A stretch of DNA of 64,000 nucleotides from NCBI GenBank assembly GCA_030611805.1, contig JAUWPB010000001.1, forward strand, positions 24,765-88,764. The letters run 5' to 3'. Both the position numbers and the translations under genes were made by a program. Shown piece after piece: positions 17,269 through 26,960 of the stretch; the stretch's first letter is position 1; every line of letters begins with the position of its first letter. The stretch comes from Nanobdellota archaeon (lineage in GTDB: Archaea > Nanobdellota > Nanobdellia > Pacearchaeales > GW2011-AR1). The notes below the pieces were generated by a model. It was given only the letters and a program-made list of their open reading frames with translations, was not told the origin of the DNA and did no database searches.

Positions 17269-18358
17269 TCCCTAATTCCTCCTCAATTTCTTGGTGTTTT
17301 ATACTTTCAATGGTTTCTCCATGTCCAAGAATTTGGGAACTTTTTACTCCGGTTAATATAAGTAAAACCCTTATTGATTTTTCCATGTCTTCTGAAATTT
17401 GAGCTCCCCAAATTAGTTTTGCGTCAGGGCTTAATTTGTTTCCAACTGTTTCTATAATTGATTTGCATTCGTCCAAGCTCATTTCAGGACCCCCAATAAT
17501 ATTTACTAAAGCGCCAGTTGTATTTGAAATATCAACATCTAAAAGAGGGTTTTGGATTGCTTTTTCTACGGCTTCAATTGCTCTGTTTTCACTATCTGAT
17601 TCTCCCATGCCTATCAATGAAACTCCTCCATCAACCATTATTGTTTTGATGTCGGCAAAATCAAGGTTCACCAAACCAGAGGTAGTTACAAGTTCTGTTA
17701 TTCCTTTAACGGCGTTTGTTAGTATCTCGTCGGAAATTTTAAAGGCAGTATGTAAAGGCAAGTCTGGTGCCAGTTCAAGAAGCTTGTCATTTGGTATCAC
17801 AATTAAAGTATCCACAACTGATTCTAATCTTTCTAACCCGTCCATTGCATTCTCTATTCTTTTTCTTCCTTCAATTGTGAAAGGCAAGGTTACAATTCCG
17901 ATGGTTAAAGCCCCTTGTTTTTTTGCCAAACTTGCAATTACCGGGGCTGCTCCTGTACCTGTTCCCCCTCCTAAACCGCAAGTTATGAAAATCATGTCGC
18001 TTCCTGAAATTTTTTTCTTTATTTCAGAACTAGATTCTTTTGCTGATTCTTGTCCTATTTTAGGATTACTTCCTGAACCTAATCCCTGAGTCAATTCTTT
18101 TCCAATAAGAATTTTTTGATCTACATTTGCATATAATAAATCCTGGGCATCTGTATTCACTGCAATAAGCTCTCCGCCCCTGATTCCAATTTCTTTCATT
18201 CTGCTTAGAGAATTTCCTCCGCCTCCACCAACCCCAATTACCTTAATTTTAGTTGATTGTTTTTTCAAAAGTTCTTCCAATTCTCTGTCAATTTCCCTTA
18301 CTTCTTCAGACAAAACAGATACAGGCCTCTCATTATTTTGATTATAAATCTCTTCCAT
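17252..18358 (-). CDS. ftsZ: Cell division GTPase FtsZ
   Basis: Tubulin signature GGGTGTGAAPVIA and GVGGGGGN; T7 loop region NLDFADIKT. Confidence 0.9.
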   Translation of the reverse strand: MEEIYNQNNERPVSVLSEEVREIDRELEELLKKQSTKIKVIGVGGGGGNSLSRMKEIGIRGGELIAVNTDAQDLLYANVDQKILIGKELTQGLGSGSNPKIGQESAKESSSEIKKKISGSDMIFITCGLGGGTGTGAAPVIASLAKKQGALTIGIVTLPFTIEGRKRIENAMDGLERLESVVDTLIVIPNDKLLELAPDLPLHTAFKISDEILTNAVKGITELVTTSGLVNLDFADIKTIMVDGGVSLIGMGESDSENRAIEAVEKAIQNPLLDVDISNTTGALVNIIGGPEMSLDECKSIIETVGNKLSPDAKLIWGAQISEDMEKSIRVLLILTGVKSSQILGHGETIESIKHQEIEEELGIEFFE

Positions 18359-18389
18359 GTCTAAAATAATTAATTATTGTTTATAAGAA

Positions 18390-19139
18390 TTATTGTGGTG
18401 TTTTAGTGCTTTCTTTCTCAACTTCTTCAACCACTTTCCCGACTTCTTCACTAACTTTTTTCTTCACTTCTTTTTTCACTTTTTCAATCGCTTCTCCAAC
18501 CTCTTTTTTATTCTCACCAATCTCTTTAATCTCTAAATCTAATTCAAAAACTTCTTTAAATTTATCCTTAAACATCTCAACAAATTGAATCATTTGTTTT
18601 TCAACTTCTATAATTAATTTTTTATTTTTTATTTCAAATTTGAAATCTTTTCTAAATAAAAATTCATTGAATGCTTTTATTTTTTCGTTTAAATTATTTA
18701 TTTTTCTTAAAACTTTTAAATCATACAAGACGGTTTTTCCTGCGACAGGATTGTTAAAGTCAACCATTACTCTTCCTCCTGAAACTGTAAGTATTTTTGC
18801 CATTCTGCCATCAAAATTAAACATAAGTCTCTGAACAGGATTTATTTTTTGCTCTCTGAAAACTTTCATCGGAATCATCTGCACAAGTTTTGAGTCTCTG
18901 TTTCCAAAAGCATCTTCTGGTTGAAGTTCTATTTTATATTCTCCAACATCCTTGCCAATCAAAAAATTATCTATTCCCTTAAGAAACATGTTCTGACCTA
19001 AACAAAAAACAAAAGGTTTTGGGATTGTATCGGGGTTTATCTTCGCTAAATCTTTTTTAATATTTGAATCAAAAACTTCTCCGTCTTTGACTTTTCCTGT
19101 AAATTCAATTTCAATGAAGTCTTTTTCTTTTAGTGGCAT
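18390..19139 (-). CDS. FKBP-type peptidyl-prolyl cis-trans isomerase (archaeal long type with IF insert and K/E-rich tail)
   Basis: GKVKDGEVFDSN...FVFCLGQNMFLKGIDNFLIGKDVGE...GKTVLYDLKVL. Confidence 0.75.
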   Translation of the reverse strand: MPLKEKDFIEIEFTGKVKDGEVFDSNIKKDLAKINPDTIPKPFVFCLGQNMFLKGIDNFLIGKDVGEYKIELQPEDAFGNRDSKLVQMIPMKVFREQKINPVQRLMFNFDGRMAKILTVSGGRVMVDFNNPVAGKTVLYDLKVLRKINNLNEKIKAFNEFLFRKDFKFEIKNKKLIIEVEKQMIQFVEMFKDKFKEVFELDLEIKEIGENKKEVGEAIEKVKKEVKKKVSEEVGKVVEEVEKESTKTPQ

Positions 19140-19226
19140 CTTCCAAGAATATAAAGATAGTTTAAAAGTTTAATCATTGTGATTTAGAATATAAATCCTT
19201 AAAAAATATTAAATAAATAAAATAAA

Positions 19227-19526
19227 ATGCCTTTATTAAAAAAAATTTCATTTGATTCCCGAGGAAGGTTTATAGGTATTGTAGAAAAAGGAGAAACTAT
19301 TCTCTTGGGAGTGCCAACTACTCATTTAAGGTCGTTCTATTCAGATGCAATAAAAACAAAGGAGATGAATAAAAATCGGGAAAAAGATATTAGAAATGCC
19401 CAGAAAAATTTGGTTTCTTCTGCAAGGCAAGACCAAAGATTATATTACCAAATCCCAAAAAAACCAACAGAAACTAATATGTATTATATAAGATTTGCGT
19501 ATAACACTTTCCAAGAAAGAAAATAA
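19227..19526 (+). CDS. Hypothetical protein
   Basis: ORF track only. Confidence 0.3.
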   Translation: MPLLKKISFDSRGRFIGIVEKGETILLGVPTTHLRSFYSDAIKTKEMNKNREKDIRNAQKNLVSSARQDQRLYYQIPKKPTETNMYYIRFAYNTFQERK

Positions 19527-19577
19527 CTTTATTTTCTAATTAAAAACTTTTATAAATGTATTTTTTTTGAATAAGTT

Positions 19578-19964
19578 ATGGTTTTAAAAATAATCAATGC
19601 AACAGAGGCAAGAGTTGGTACAAATATCCTTCTTGATGGTAAGCCCTATACTATTAAAAAAATTGACATAAGCAAAACAGGTAAGCACGGGCATGCAAAG
19701 TGCAGGATAGAGGCTGTAGGAATAATCAATAAACAAAAAAAAGTTTTTGTTATTCCAGGACATGACCGGCTTGAAATCCCTTTGATAGATAAAAAAAAGG
19801 GTCAGGTTCTTTCAGTTGAGGAAAAGGTTAGTGTCATGGATTTGGAAAGTTTTGAAACAATAGAAATTGATTGCCCGGAAGAAATAAAATCAGAACTTGA
19901 AGAAAATTCTAATGTTGAATACTGGGATATTGAAGGTGTGAAAATAATCAAGAGGAAACTATAA
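19578..19964 (+). CDS. eif5a: Translation initiation factor 5A (aIF5A)
   Basis: Hypusination loop SKTGKHGHAKCRIEAVGI. Confidence 0.85.
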   Translation: MVLKIINATEARVGTNILLDGKPYTIKKIDISKTGKHGHAKCRIEAVGIINKQKKVFVIPGHDRLEIPLIDKKKGQVLSVEEKVSVMDLESFETIEIDCPEEIKSELEENSNVEYWDIEGVKIIKRKL

Positions 19965-20362
19965 TCCTAAAGTATAACAAAGTTTTAAAAAAAAGCTTTT
20001 AGTATATTAATGCAGGAGTTGTGAAAGAGAGGTTTATCATATAATTCTGAATAAAAATGATATCGGAGAAGGCAAAATTGAAAAAGTTTTATCTAATCTT
20101 CTAAGAAAGGTAATGCGAGAAGGTGCAAAAATTCCAGTTCATTTAAAAAAATTTTTACCAGAAAGCCCGTGTATAGAAAGGTATATTGTAGTAACAAATG
20201 GGGATGGAAATGTTAAATGTAAAGTAGTAAACAAAACATATTTAATAGGGGGCATCGTTTAGTAGAAATAAGTTCTCAAAAATATTCTAATCTGGAGAAG
20301 GATTTGCAAACACAAGGGCTTTGTTAAATAAGTCCTAATTTAAGCCTACTTTTTTAACAGAA

Positions 20363-20926
20363 TTATCTTATGATTTCTTCTTCTCTGAAAATATGGTCTA
20401 AAATATTATACATTAAATGAAAAGAATTTATAATTAGGACAATATTTCTTGAAGAATTCAATGTTTTATTCCCATGAACAAGATTGCTTCTCACCCTATA
20501 AAGAACTTCAATAATTTCTAATAAATTGCTTTTATCATTAATCCTTATGGAAGGTCTTGTTTTTGGTGCAGGAGTCATATCTATTAATGGTTGATTTTCC
20601 AACTCTTTAAATAAAGCTTCTATCCAAACATTACAAGAATCTTTGAATGTTAAAAATAAATCTTGGTAAGTTGAACAAAAAAATTCTCTTTGTTTCCATA
20701 TTCTTGATTCAGTTGGACTCATCAAACCTATCATGGCTTCAAATGGAACCATAACTGAAACAAGACCTACTGCTTTATCATATGCTTCTGGATTAGGATT
20801 TTTCCCTAAACCTTTTTTTAAATTCTGTTTCGCAGACGCTTCAGACATAAATAATTTTATAAGTTCTATCATGTCATTCTCCAAATAAATATTATTTCTT
20901 ATAATTGTCATCTTCCTCCACACCAC
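20363..20926 (-). CDS. HEPN-like protein (Rx4-6H motif), last gene of RM-linked operon
   Basis: YRVRSNLVHG near C-terminus fits R-x4-6-H HEPN signature; overlaps upstream nuclease gene by 19 nt. Confidence 0.35.
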   Translation of the reverse strand: MVWRKMTIIRNNIYLENDMIELIKLFMSEASAKQNLKKGLGKNPNPEAYDKAVGLVSVMVPFEAMIGLMSPTESRIWKQREFFCSTYQDLFLTFKDSCNVWIEALFKELENQPLIDMTPAPKTRPSIRINDKSNLLEIIEVLYRVRSNLVHGNKTLNSSRNIVLIINSFHLMYNILDHIFREEEIIR

Positions 20927-21555
20927 TCACAACTATCTTTAGGACAATCAGAGTTTAATAATTTAATTGCTTTTTTCCATACTTTCTCTGCACTTTCCAC
21001 ATCAACTTTCATCTTAACTAACTCAGTATCAAAGATAACTTCTCCAGTTGCCATAACTTCTTTGGGAATGTAAAACAATAGGAAAAAATAATCTTCTGTT
21101 TTGTATCCGTTCTTTCTTAAAAGAAAATTGTAAATATTTTGTTGTTGTCTGTAATGTTCTGCTGTGTCCTCTTTTAGTGGATAGCCTCGTGTCTTGTAGT
21201 CCAATACAATCAACTTTTTTCCTTTTACAAGGATATTATCAACTGCTCCGTGTAGTTCGTTTCCATCTTTATCTGTAAAAGAAACACCTTTGAAATTGCT
21301 TTGCCAGATTTTTAATTTTTCTTTATCTGTAAATAATTTCATTCCTTTGCATTCCCCATTCTCGCAAATTTCAGGAGGCAATTTTCCTTGTTCCATAAAT
21401 TTATTAAAATGAACTTTTAGAATTTTATCCATTCCATTTGGAAGGCTTGGGAATATTCCTGCTGGTCGTTTCCAAACTTTATGCTGTGCTAACCAAAAAC
21501 AACGAGGACATTCTTTCATTAGATTTAATGTTGAGGGCGATAGTTTGAATGTCAT
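20908..21555 (-). CDS. Cas4/RecB-like PD-(D/E)xK nuclease with Fe-S cysteine cluster
   Basis: N-terminal CPRC, catalytic GAVDNILV...IVLDYKTRG (D...D-x-K), QQQNIYNF (QxxxY), C-terminal CPKDSCEWC. Confidence 0.5.
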   Translation of the reverse strand: MTFKLSPSTLNLMKECPRCFWLAQHKVWKRPAGIFPSLPNGMDKILKVHFNKFMEQGKLPPEICENGECKGMKLFTDKEKLKIWQSNFKGVSFTDKDGNELHGAVDNILVKGKKLIVLDYKTRGYPLKEDTAEHYRQQQNIYNFLLRKNGYKTEDYFFLLFYIPKEVMATGEVIFDTELVKMKVDVESAEKVWKKAIKLLNSDCPKDSCEWCGGR

Positions 21556-21556
21556 T

Positions 21557-22801
21557 TTAATTGAAAATTATTTCTTTTTGCAATAAATTTTCTATTTTCA
21601 TTGAAGAATTATTTAAGTTTTGATTATACTCTTCTAACTTTTCATAATCTTTGACAATTTCTTTAATGTTGTTATTCAATTTTATTATAGAGATTTTAAT
21701 TATATCTAAAATTTTTGTTAATGGAAGAACAGACAAATCTGAACTTGAAACATATTTTAAAAATATTGGTTCTAAATAATACTTTAAAAACATCAAATAA
21801 ATTTTTTCATCTTCTTCTGAATTTATATTCAGTTCTTTTTTTATTTCATCCTTTAATAATAGAAGCATAGCATTAGTATTTGTTGCATAATTTCCTATTG
21901 GAAGATATTCTAATTTTCCAGCGTCCCCCCTCGTGATTATATGTAACCCCTGCTTCATTTTTACCGCATGTATTTTTTCTTCAAAAGGAACTATTCCATG
22001 AATATTTCTAAATGAACCTGATAAAACATTAATTTTTTCTTTTGAATTTACTAATCCTTGGCTTCTCTTATATATTCCCTCTTCACTTAATGCATCATTT
22101 CTACTGACATATTTTAAAAAATATGAAAGCATCTTTTCAGATTCAAATTGGTTATCAAACTCAAAAGATTTCTCCTTTATTTTTTTTATAACTTCAATTT
22201 TTTTCCTTAAGTTATTTTTTAGATGATATACTCTTTCATATAATTCTAATTGTTTTTTCTGTATTTTTATCTCTGGAACCTCTAAATCTACTTCATTAAT
22301 GATTTTTAACGGAATGGTGGATAACCCTTCTCGATTCACTAAATTACTAAATAATGGATTAAATCTCATATAAAACCATTTTAAATCTAAACCATCAAAA
22401 TTAGAATATTTTAATTTTATTTTAGAATCTTCTTGTTTAAAGAATGTAAAAATTGAGGTAGTTAAGCTAAACAAGGGGTATTTTTCAGAACTTCTATAAG
22501 ATAATTTTCCCGCATTACCACATCTAATCATAGTTATACATCCTTCTTTATTTATGAAATATCTTATTTTATTCTTCTCAATATAATGATTTTTTTCTTT
22601 AATATCTTCTGGAGTTAGAAAATTTGGGACAAAACCAAATAATCCTTCTTTAGAATCTGACCCAGATAGGACAGAAATTTTCTCGAATTTTTCTAAATAT
22701 GGCAAAAATTTGTATGTTTCTCTTTCTGTTAATTCAGGCATATTTTTAGTATTGGCTCCTCGAAAAGGGGTAAACATATCTTTAAATTTGATAATTTCCA
22801 T
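21557..22801 (-). CDS. Restriction-modification specificity (S) subunit with two target-recognition domains (BcgI-B-like / HsdS-like)
   Basis: Duplicated TRD-associated motifs ITMIRCGNAGKLSY and IITRGDAGKLEYLP with intervening coiled-coil spacers. Confidence 0.6.
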   Translation of the reverse strand: MEIIKFKDMFTPFRGANTKNMPELTERETYKFLPYLEKFEKISVLSGSDSKEGLFGFVPNFLTPEDIKEKNHYIEKNKIRYFINKEGCITMIRCGNAGKLSYRSSEKYPLFSLTTSIFTFFKQEDSKIKLKYSNFDGLDLKWFYMRFNPLFSNLVNREGLSTIPLKIINEVDLEVPEIKIQKKQLELYERVYHLKNNLRKKIEVIKKIKEKSFEFDNQFESEKMLSYFLKYVSRNDALSEEGIYKRSQGLVNSKEKINVLSGSFRNIHGIVPFEEKIHAVKMKQGLHIITRGDAGKLEYLPIGNYATNTNAMLLLLKDEIKKELNINSEEDEKIYLMFLKYYLEPIFLKYVSSSDLSVLPLTKILDIIKISIIKLNNNIKEIVKDYEKLEEYNQNLNNSSMKIENLLQKEIIFN

Positions 22802-22802
22802 T

Positions 22803-24884
22803 TTAAGACCCTATTATTTTTTTTAATTCTTCTTCTAATTCTTTTTTGGTGATATATCTTGGTTCGTATGGTCTTAACCAATACTCTGGTAACAAGTTGA
22901 AATAATTTTCTTTAAATAAATTCTTAATTGGAAGAAACATTACTTTCTTCATCTTTACTTCTTCCCCCTTTTCCGTAATCCATGTTACAAATTTTCCATC
23001 ATCATCGTGACCTAACCATCCTCCTTCTAATATTCCTTCTTTCTCTTCACCTTTTGTATTAACCCAACCAGAAATTTCATCATGCAACCAACCATTCCTA
23101 TTATTTCTTAATTTAGTTGGAAATCTTTTATCGGAATTAGCTAACCCATCATTGTCAATAATGTAAATCCAAATCGGATTTTTTTGTTTCTTTGTTTCAT
23201 TTTCACTTCTTTTAGTAAAAAATAAAGCATAAGTTTTTTCTTTAGTATATGGTGCAAAAGCAAATTTTGGTAGAGAAACGATTGCATTAATTTCACATCT
23301 TCCTAAAAGCCATTTTCTAAGAACTCCAAAAGTTGGATTTTCTAAAACACCATCTGGAAGAATTATACATGCTTTACCCCCAATTTTTAATAAATCTAAT
23401 ACCTTACAAAGAAATGCTATTTCTGTTCTATTTGAACTAATTGCATCTGTATTTGCTTTTATTGTTCCATTACCATATGGGGGATTAGTAATAATGTAAT
23501 CGTATTTTTCATTCTTCCATTTTTGTTTTGGTCTCAAGGTATTATCAACAAACATATTAGTATGTCCATCTCCCACAAGAAACATATTCAATTTAGTTCT
23601 TTGGATGTTCTCCTCTCTGACATCTACACCATAAAAACATTCCTTAGAAAGAAATTTTATTGCATCCTTATCTAAAGTTTTACTTACTTCATAATTATTT
23701 TTTAATACTTTAAAACTCTCAGTCAAGAATCCACCTGTTCCACAAGCCAAGTCAAGAATTTTAAATCTCCTATCTTTATTATAAACGATTTCCCCTTTTA
23801 ATAATAGTTTAGAAAATATGTGTGTGTAATGTCTCCTTGTAAAATACTCTCCAAAATCTTTTTTCTCTTTACTTGAGGCGAACATTTCATAAACTGCACC
23901 AAATAAATCAAAACCAGTTCCATGTAAGGGACCCATAGAAGTTATAACATCATATATTTGTTTAACATCAACTTTATCAATTAAAGGATTTTTTCCTGCT
24001 TCTCCAGAGATGTTAACCTTAACAGTTTCCATTAAATCTTTAAATTCGGTGAAGTTAGTTTCTCTCTCAAGTCTTCCAATATACTCAGACAAATTTGCTA
24101 CAATCTTACTTTCATTTTCATCGGAACACTCTGTCCAATAAATCTTAGTTCTATCTTTTTTTGTTTCTATTTGTTCTTTCTCTTCAAAAAATTTGAGTGA
24201 AACAAACCCAATTGTAAAATCAATCTTTTCTTGATTATTCTTGAAATTAATATTCCTATAAATGGTTGCTAATTCCCATAATTTCTTATTAAAAATGGCT
24301 TCAGAAATAGCCGATAGTGAATCAACATTGGTTCTTATGTTATCAAGAAATTTATCTTTATCTAATCTATTTTTAATTAAACGAAATATATCTATTGTTT
24401 GAAATTCTCTTATTGGATTATTATTTAACTTTATTTCTTTCCCTGTTGTAGAATTATAGAAGATGGTTGTTTTACAATTTGTAACAATAAAATAAGGTAG
24501 TTTTAATTTTTTAGATTTTCTCTCTCCTTGGTTTATTGCATCTTTCCATTCCGTATCTCCTACTGAACAGTTATCCTTTACTTCAGAATAAGCAACCAAA
24601 TTTTCTACGAATTGTTTTTGATTATTAGTTTCTTGGTCAAATTCAAATTCTGAAATTAATAGGTCTGGTCTCTTAAAGTCTGTGTACTCTGAAAAGGTTG
24701 TGTCATTGACTATTTGTCTTAAAGGAATACTTAACTGCCCAACTAAAATATCATGGATTAATCTTGTTACTGTTAAGGCTTCTCTCCTTGTCTTCTTTAC
24801 CATATTATAATTAGAATCATTAAGGGTATTTAAATTGCGTGGTTTCATATTTTTACTTTTAGGAGGTAACAAAAATCCTTTCAT
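22803..24884 (-). CDS. Type IIB/IIG restriction-modification enzyme (N-terminal PD-ExK endonuclease fused to gamma-class N6-adenine methyltransferase)
   Basis: PDLLI...SEVKD nuclease motif; motif I ILDLACGTGGFL; motif IV ITNPPYGNG. Confidence 0.7.
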   Translation of the reverse strand: MKGFLLPPKSKNMKPRNLNTLNDSNYNMVKKTRREALTVTRLIHDILVGQLSIPLRQIVNDTTFSEYTDFKRPDLLISEFEFDQETNNQKQFVENLVAYSEVKDNCSVGDTEWKDAINQGERKSKKLKLPYFIVTNCKTTIFYNSTTGKEIKLNNNPIREFQTIDIFRLIKNRLDKDKFLDNIRTNVDSLSAISEAIFNKKLWELATIYRNINFKNNQEKIDFTIGFVSLKFFEEKEQIETKKDRTKIYWTECSDENESKIVANLSEYIGRLERETNFTEFKDLMETVKVNISGEAGKNPLIDKVDVKQIYDVITSMGPLHGTGFDLFGAVYEMFASSKEKKDFGEYFTRRHYTHIFSKLLLKGEIVYNKDRRFKILDLACGTGGFLTESFKVLKNNYEVSKTLDKDAIKFLSKECFYGVDVREENIQRTKLNMFLVGDGHTNMFVDNTLRPKQKWKNEKYDYIITNPPYGNGTIKANTDAISSNRTEIAFLCKVLDLLKIGGKACIILPDGVLENPTFGVLRKWLLGRCEINAIVSLPKFAFAPYTKEKTYALFFTKRSENETKKQKNPIWIYIIDNDGLANSDKRFPTKLRNNRNGWLHDEISGWVNTKGEEKEGILEGGWLGHDDDGKFVTWITEKGEEVKMKKVMFLPIKNLFKENYFNLLPEYWLRPYEPRYITKKELEEELKKIIGS

Positions 24885-26128
24885 TCTTCCACTTCCTTTT
24901 CTATAATAAACTCTCCTCTAATACCCAACTCATTCACTTCTTGAATCACAACACAAATATTATGGCAGAGAACTTTCAAAAGTAATTCATTGATTTGTGC
25001 TTGTTTAATTTTGCTACGAAGATTATCTTTAAATTTAGTTTTAATCATATGAAAAACAGTTTCTACATTACTTCTTTTATGATAATATTTTTTAAAATCT
25101 TCATTCTTATACATAAAATAATAATACATTTTTTTCCAAATTGGTGAACCTCCTGCTTTACCAGTTACATTTTTCTTGAATGGAATGTAGGGAACAGCAC
25201 CTACATTGCTGATAAGCTCTAAGTTCTTTTTTGAACTATAAGCTTTGTCACAACAAACATCACCCATCTTAAATTGCTTAGCTGTTTCATTGACAAGTTT
25301 AGTTAGTTGAGGACTATCATTTTCGTGACCATCTGTAATTTCTGCACTTGTAATAATGTTTGTTTTATTTCCACAAATAATATGGGCTTTCATCCATAAT
25401 CTGTATTTATTTTTTTTACCCCATTTATAATCAAAATATCTTGCAAATCTACAAGTTGAAAAACCAGAGCTATCTGCAGAGAAAGAAGATTCAACAGAAC
25501 TTAGAGGAGAAGAACTAAGTTTAATCAATTCTTTCAAAATTTTTGTTAGTTCTTTTTTTTGCATAAAATTGCTAATGGTGGGATAAGTGCAAACATTCTC
25601 AACTAAACCCATTTCTTTAGCAATTTTCATATCTGACATAAATCTTCTTAATGAAAAAGTAGAATAAACTTTTAATGCAGATGCAAAAACCATTTCTGAA
25701 AAGGGTAATGTTGGTCTACCAAATTTATATTCTGGTTGTTCAATATTTTTACATAATTCTTTTAAAAGTTTTAAGAAAAATAGCTTTTCATTTGTTTGGG
25801 CATTATCATAAGCTTTCCATTTCTGAGAATATCCTATTCTTACTCTCTTTGTTTGAGATATATTTCCCTCTATGTCTATCGTTCTTTGAATAAATAATTC
25901 TACAGCTATTATGTGTTTGCATCTTCCGTGTCGTATCCTACAATCCAGACAATTACATTGTGGTTTATGTCCATTAAAATAAACCTCATAAAAACCTTTA
26001 CCAGATTGAGAAGGAACTCTCCATTTATCTTCAAGCTTTTTTATTTTTAAGTCTTTGGATATTAATTCTCCTCGTTTGTATCGTGTCAATTTCTTCCAGT
26101 TTGTTTTCATAGTATATTCAGGTACCAC
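24881..26128 (-). CDS. SWIM zinc-finger + DDE transposase (IS4/IS5/ISH3-type, DDE_Tnp_1) translationally coupled to the RM gene
   Basis: N-terminal CNCLDCRIRHGRCKH (CxCx_nCxH); DDE region with DVCCDKAYSS and Y-x2-R-x3-E-x6-K signature YHKRSNVETVFHMIK; stop TGA overlaps ATG of RM gene (ATGA). Confidence 0.7.
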   Translation of the reverse strand: MVPEYTMKTNWKKLTRYKRGELISKDLKIKKLEDKWRVPSQSGKGFYEVYFNGHKPQCNCLDCRIRHGRCKHIIAVELFIQRTIDIEGNISQTKRVRIGYSQKWKAYDNAQTNEKLFFLKLLKELCKNIEQPEYKFGRPTLPFSEMVFASALKVYSTFSLRRFMSDMKIAKEMGLVENVCTYPTISNFMQKKELTKILKELIKLSSSPLSSVESSFSADSSGFSTCRFARYFDYKWGKKNKYRLWMKAHIICGNKTNIITSAEITDGHENDSPQLTKLVNETAKQFKMGDVCCDKAYSSKKNLELISNVGAVPYIPFKKNVTGKAGGSPIWKKMYYYFMYKNEDFKKYYHKRSNVETVFHMIKTKFKDNLRSKIKQAQINELLLKVLCHNICVVIQEVNELGIRGEFIIEKEVEE

Positions 26129-26227
26129 CTGTTTATATATCTTTCGGTACCTTAAAGAGAATAGAAAAGCTTATAAATTAACCAGAAGTTATCTAAATAG
26201 ATAAGATATAGATAACATTCAGTTAAA

Positions 26228-26413
26228 ATGGAAAAAAAAGAAAATATCAATGTGAAGCTCACAATCGAACAAAAAGAAATATTAACAAGCTTAATTGGAC
26301 CTATGGGTAGTAGTGAGCCAGAGGTTTTAAGAAGTATTTTTTTAGCATGGTTATCTGAACAAAGGATACTTTCAGAAATAATTAAAAAAAAGATAATTAA
26401 CAAAAATGGATGA
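26228..26413 (+). CDS. Ribbon-helix-helix (CopG-like) small regulator
   Basis: 61 aa; beta-strand NINVKLTIEQ followed by two short helices; first gene of 4-gene overlapping operon. Confidence 0.4.
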   Translation: MEKKENINVKLTIEQKEILTSLIGPMGSSEPEVLRSIFLAWLSEQRILSEIIKKKIINKNG

Positions 26414-26960
26414 AGCTGAACTTGTAGAAAGAAATATGATTTTGTTACTTGGAGCAAAAGAAAGAGCTATCCCTTCTGACCTCCATCTACAAAAGGAGAT
26501 TTTCCTCCTTTCAAATTTTAAAGAAGGAATTTCAGATATTTTCAATTTTCAAAAACATTATCTTGGTCCTTATTCTCAAGTTTTAGATGAATCTCTAAAA
26601 AATCCTGCATATTTTCCAAAAGCATTTGATTTTGATTACAACAAAATTTCATTATCTAAAGATGGTAAAAAAGAATTTTCAAATATGATTAAAAAATTTT
26701 CAAAAGAAAAAAACTTTCAAATTCTTTTTTATTCGCTTAAACTTTTAAGAGATTTATATGATAAACTTACTAAAGAGGAATTAATGTTTCTTATCTATGA
26801 AACATATCCAACATATACAGAATTTTCACAAGTATCTAATAAATTGACTAAAAATGAATTTACACGAAGCAAATTATTAAATAGTATCCTTTCTAAAGGA
26901 TTAATTACCCAAGAAAGATACGAGGAATTAAAAAATGCAAAAAGAAAAATTAATACCTGA
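26406..26960 (+). CDS. Panacea-domain (DUF4065, SocA/GepA-like) antitoxin-type protein
   Basis: LHLQKEIFLLSNF...FNFQKHYLGPYSQVLDESL resembles DUF4065 core (kLqKllYf...f.aw.yGPv...ly). Confidence 0.5.
   Translation: MDEAELVERNMILLLGAKERAIPSDLHLQKEIFLLSNFKEGISDIFNFQKHYLGPYSQVLDESLKNPAYFPKAFDFDYNKISLSKDGKKEFSNMIKKFSKEKNFQILFYSLKLLRDLYDKLTKEELMFLIYETYPTYTEFSQVSNKLTKNEFTRSKLLNSILSKGLITQERYEELKNAKRKINT

Noticed and set aside
17436-18089. 217-aa ORF on + strand inside ftsZ
   Set aside because: It is antisense to a very well supported FtsZ gene. The product is low-complexity Ser/Pro/Ile and a typical AT-rich antisense artefact.
24850-26160. Terminal inverted repeats for an autonomous IS around the transposase gene
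   Set aside because: Only an 8/10 match was found (aggaggtaac vs ggtaccacct). The transposase stop overlaps the next gene's ATG, so clean IS boundaries could not be established.
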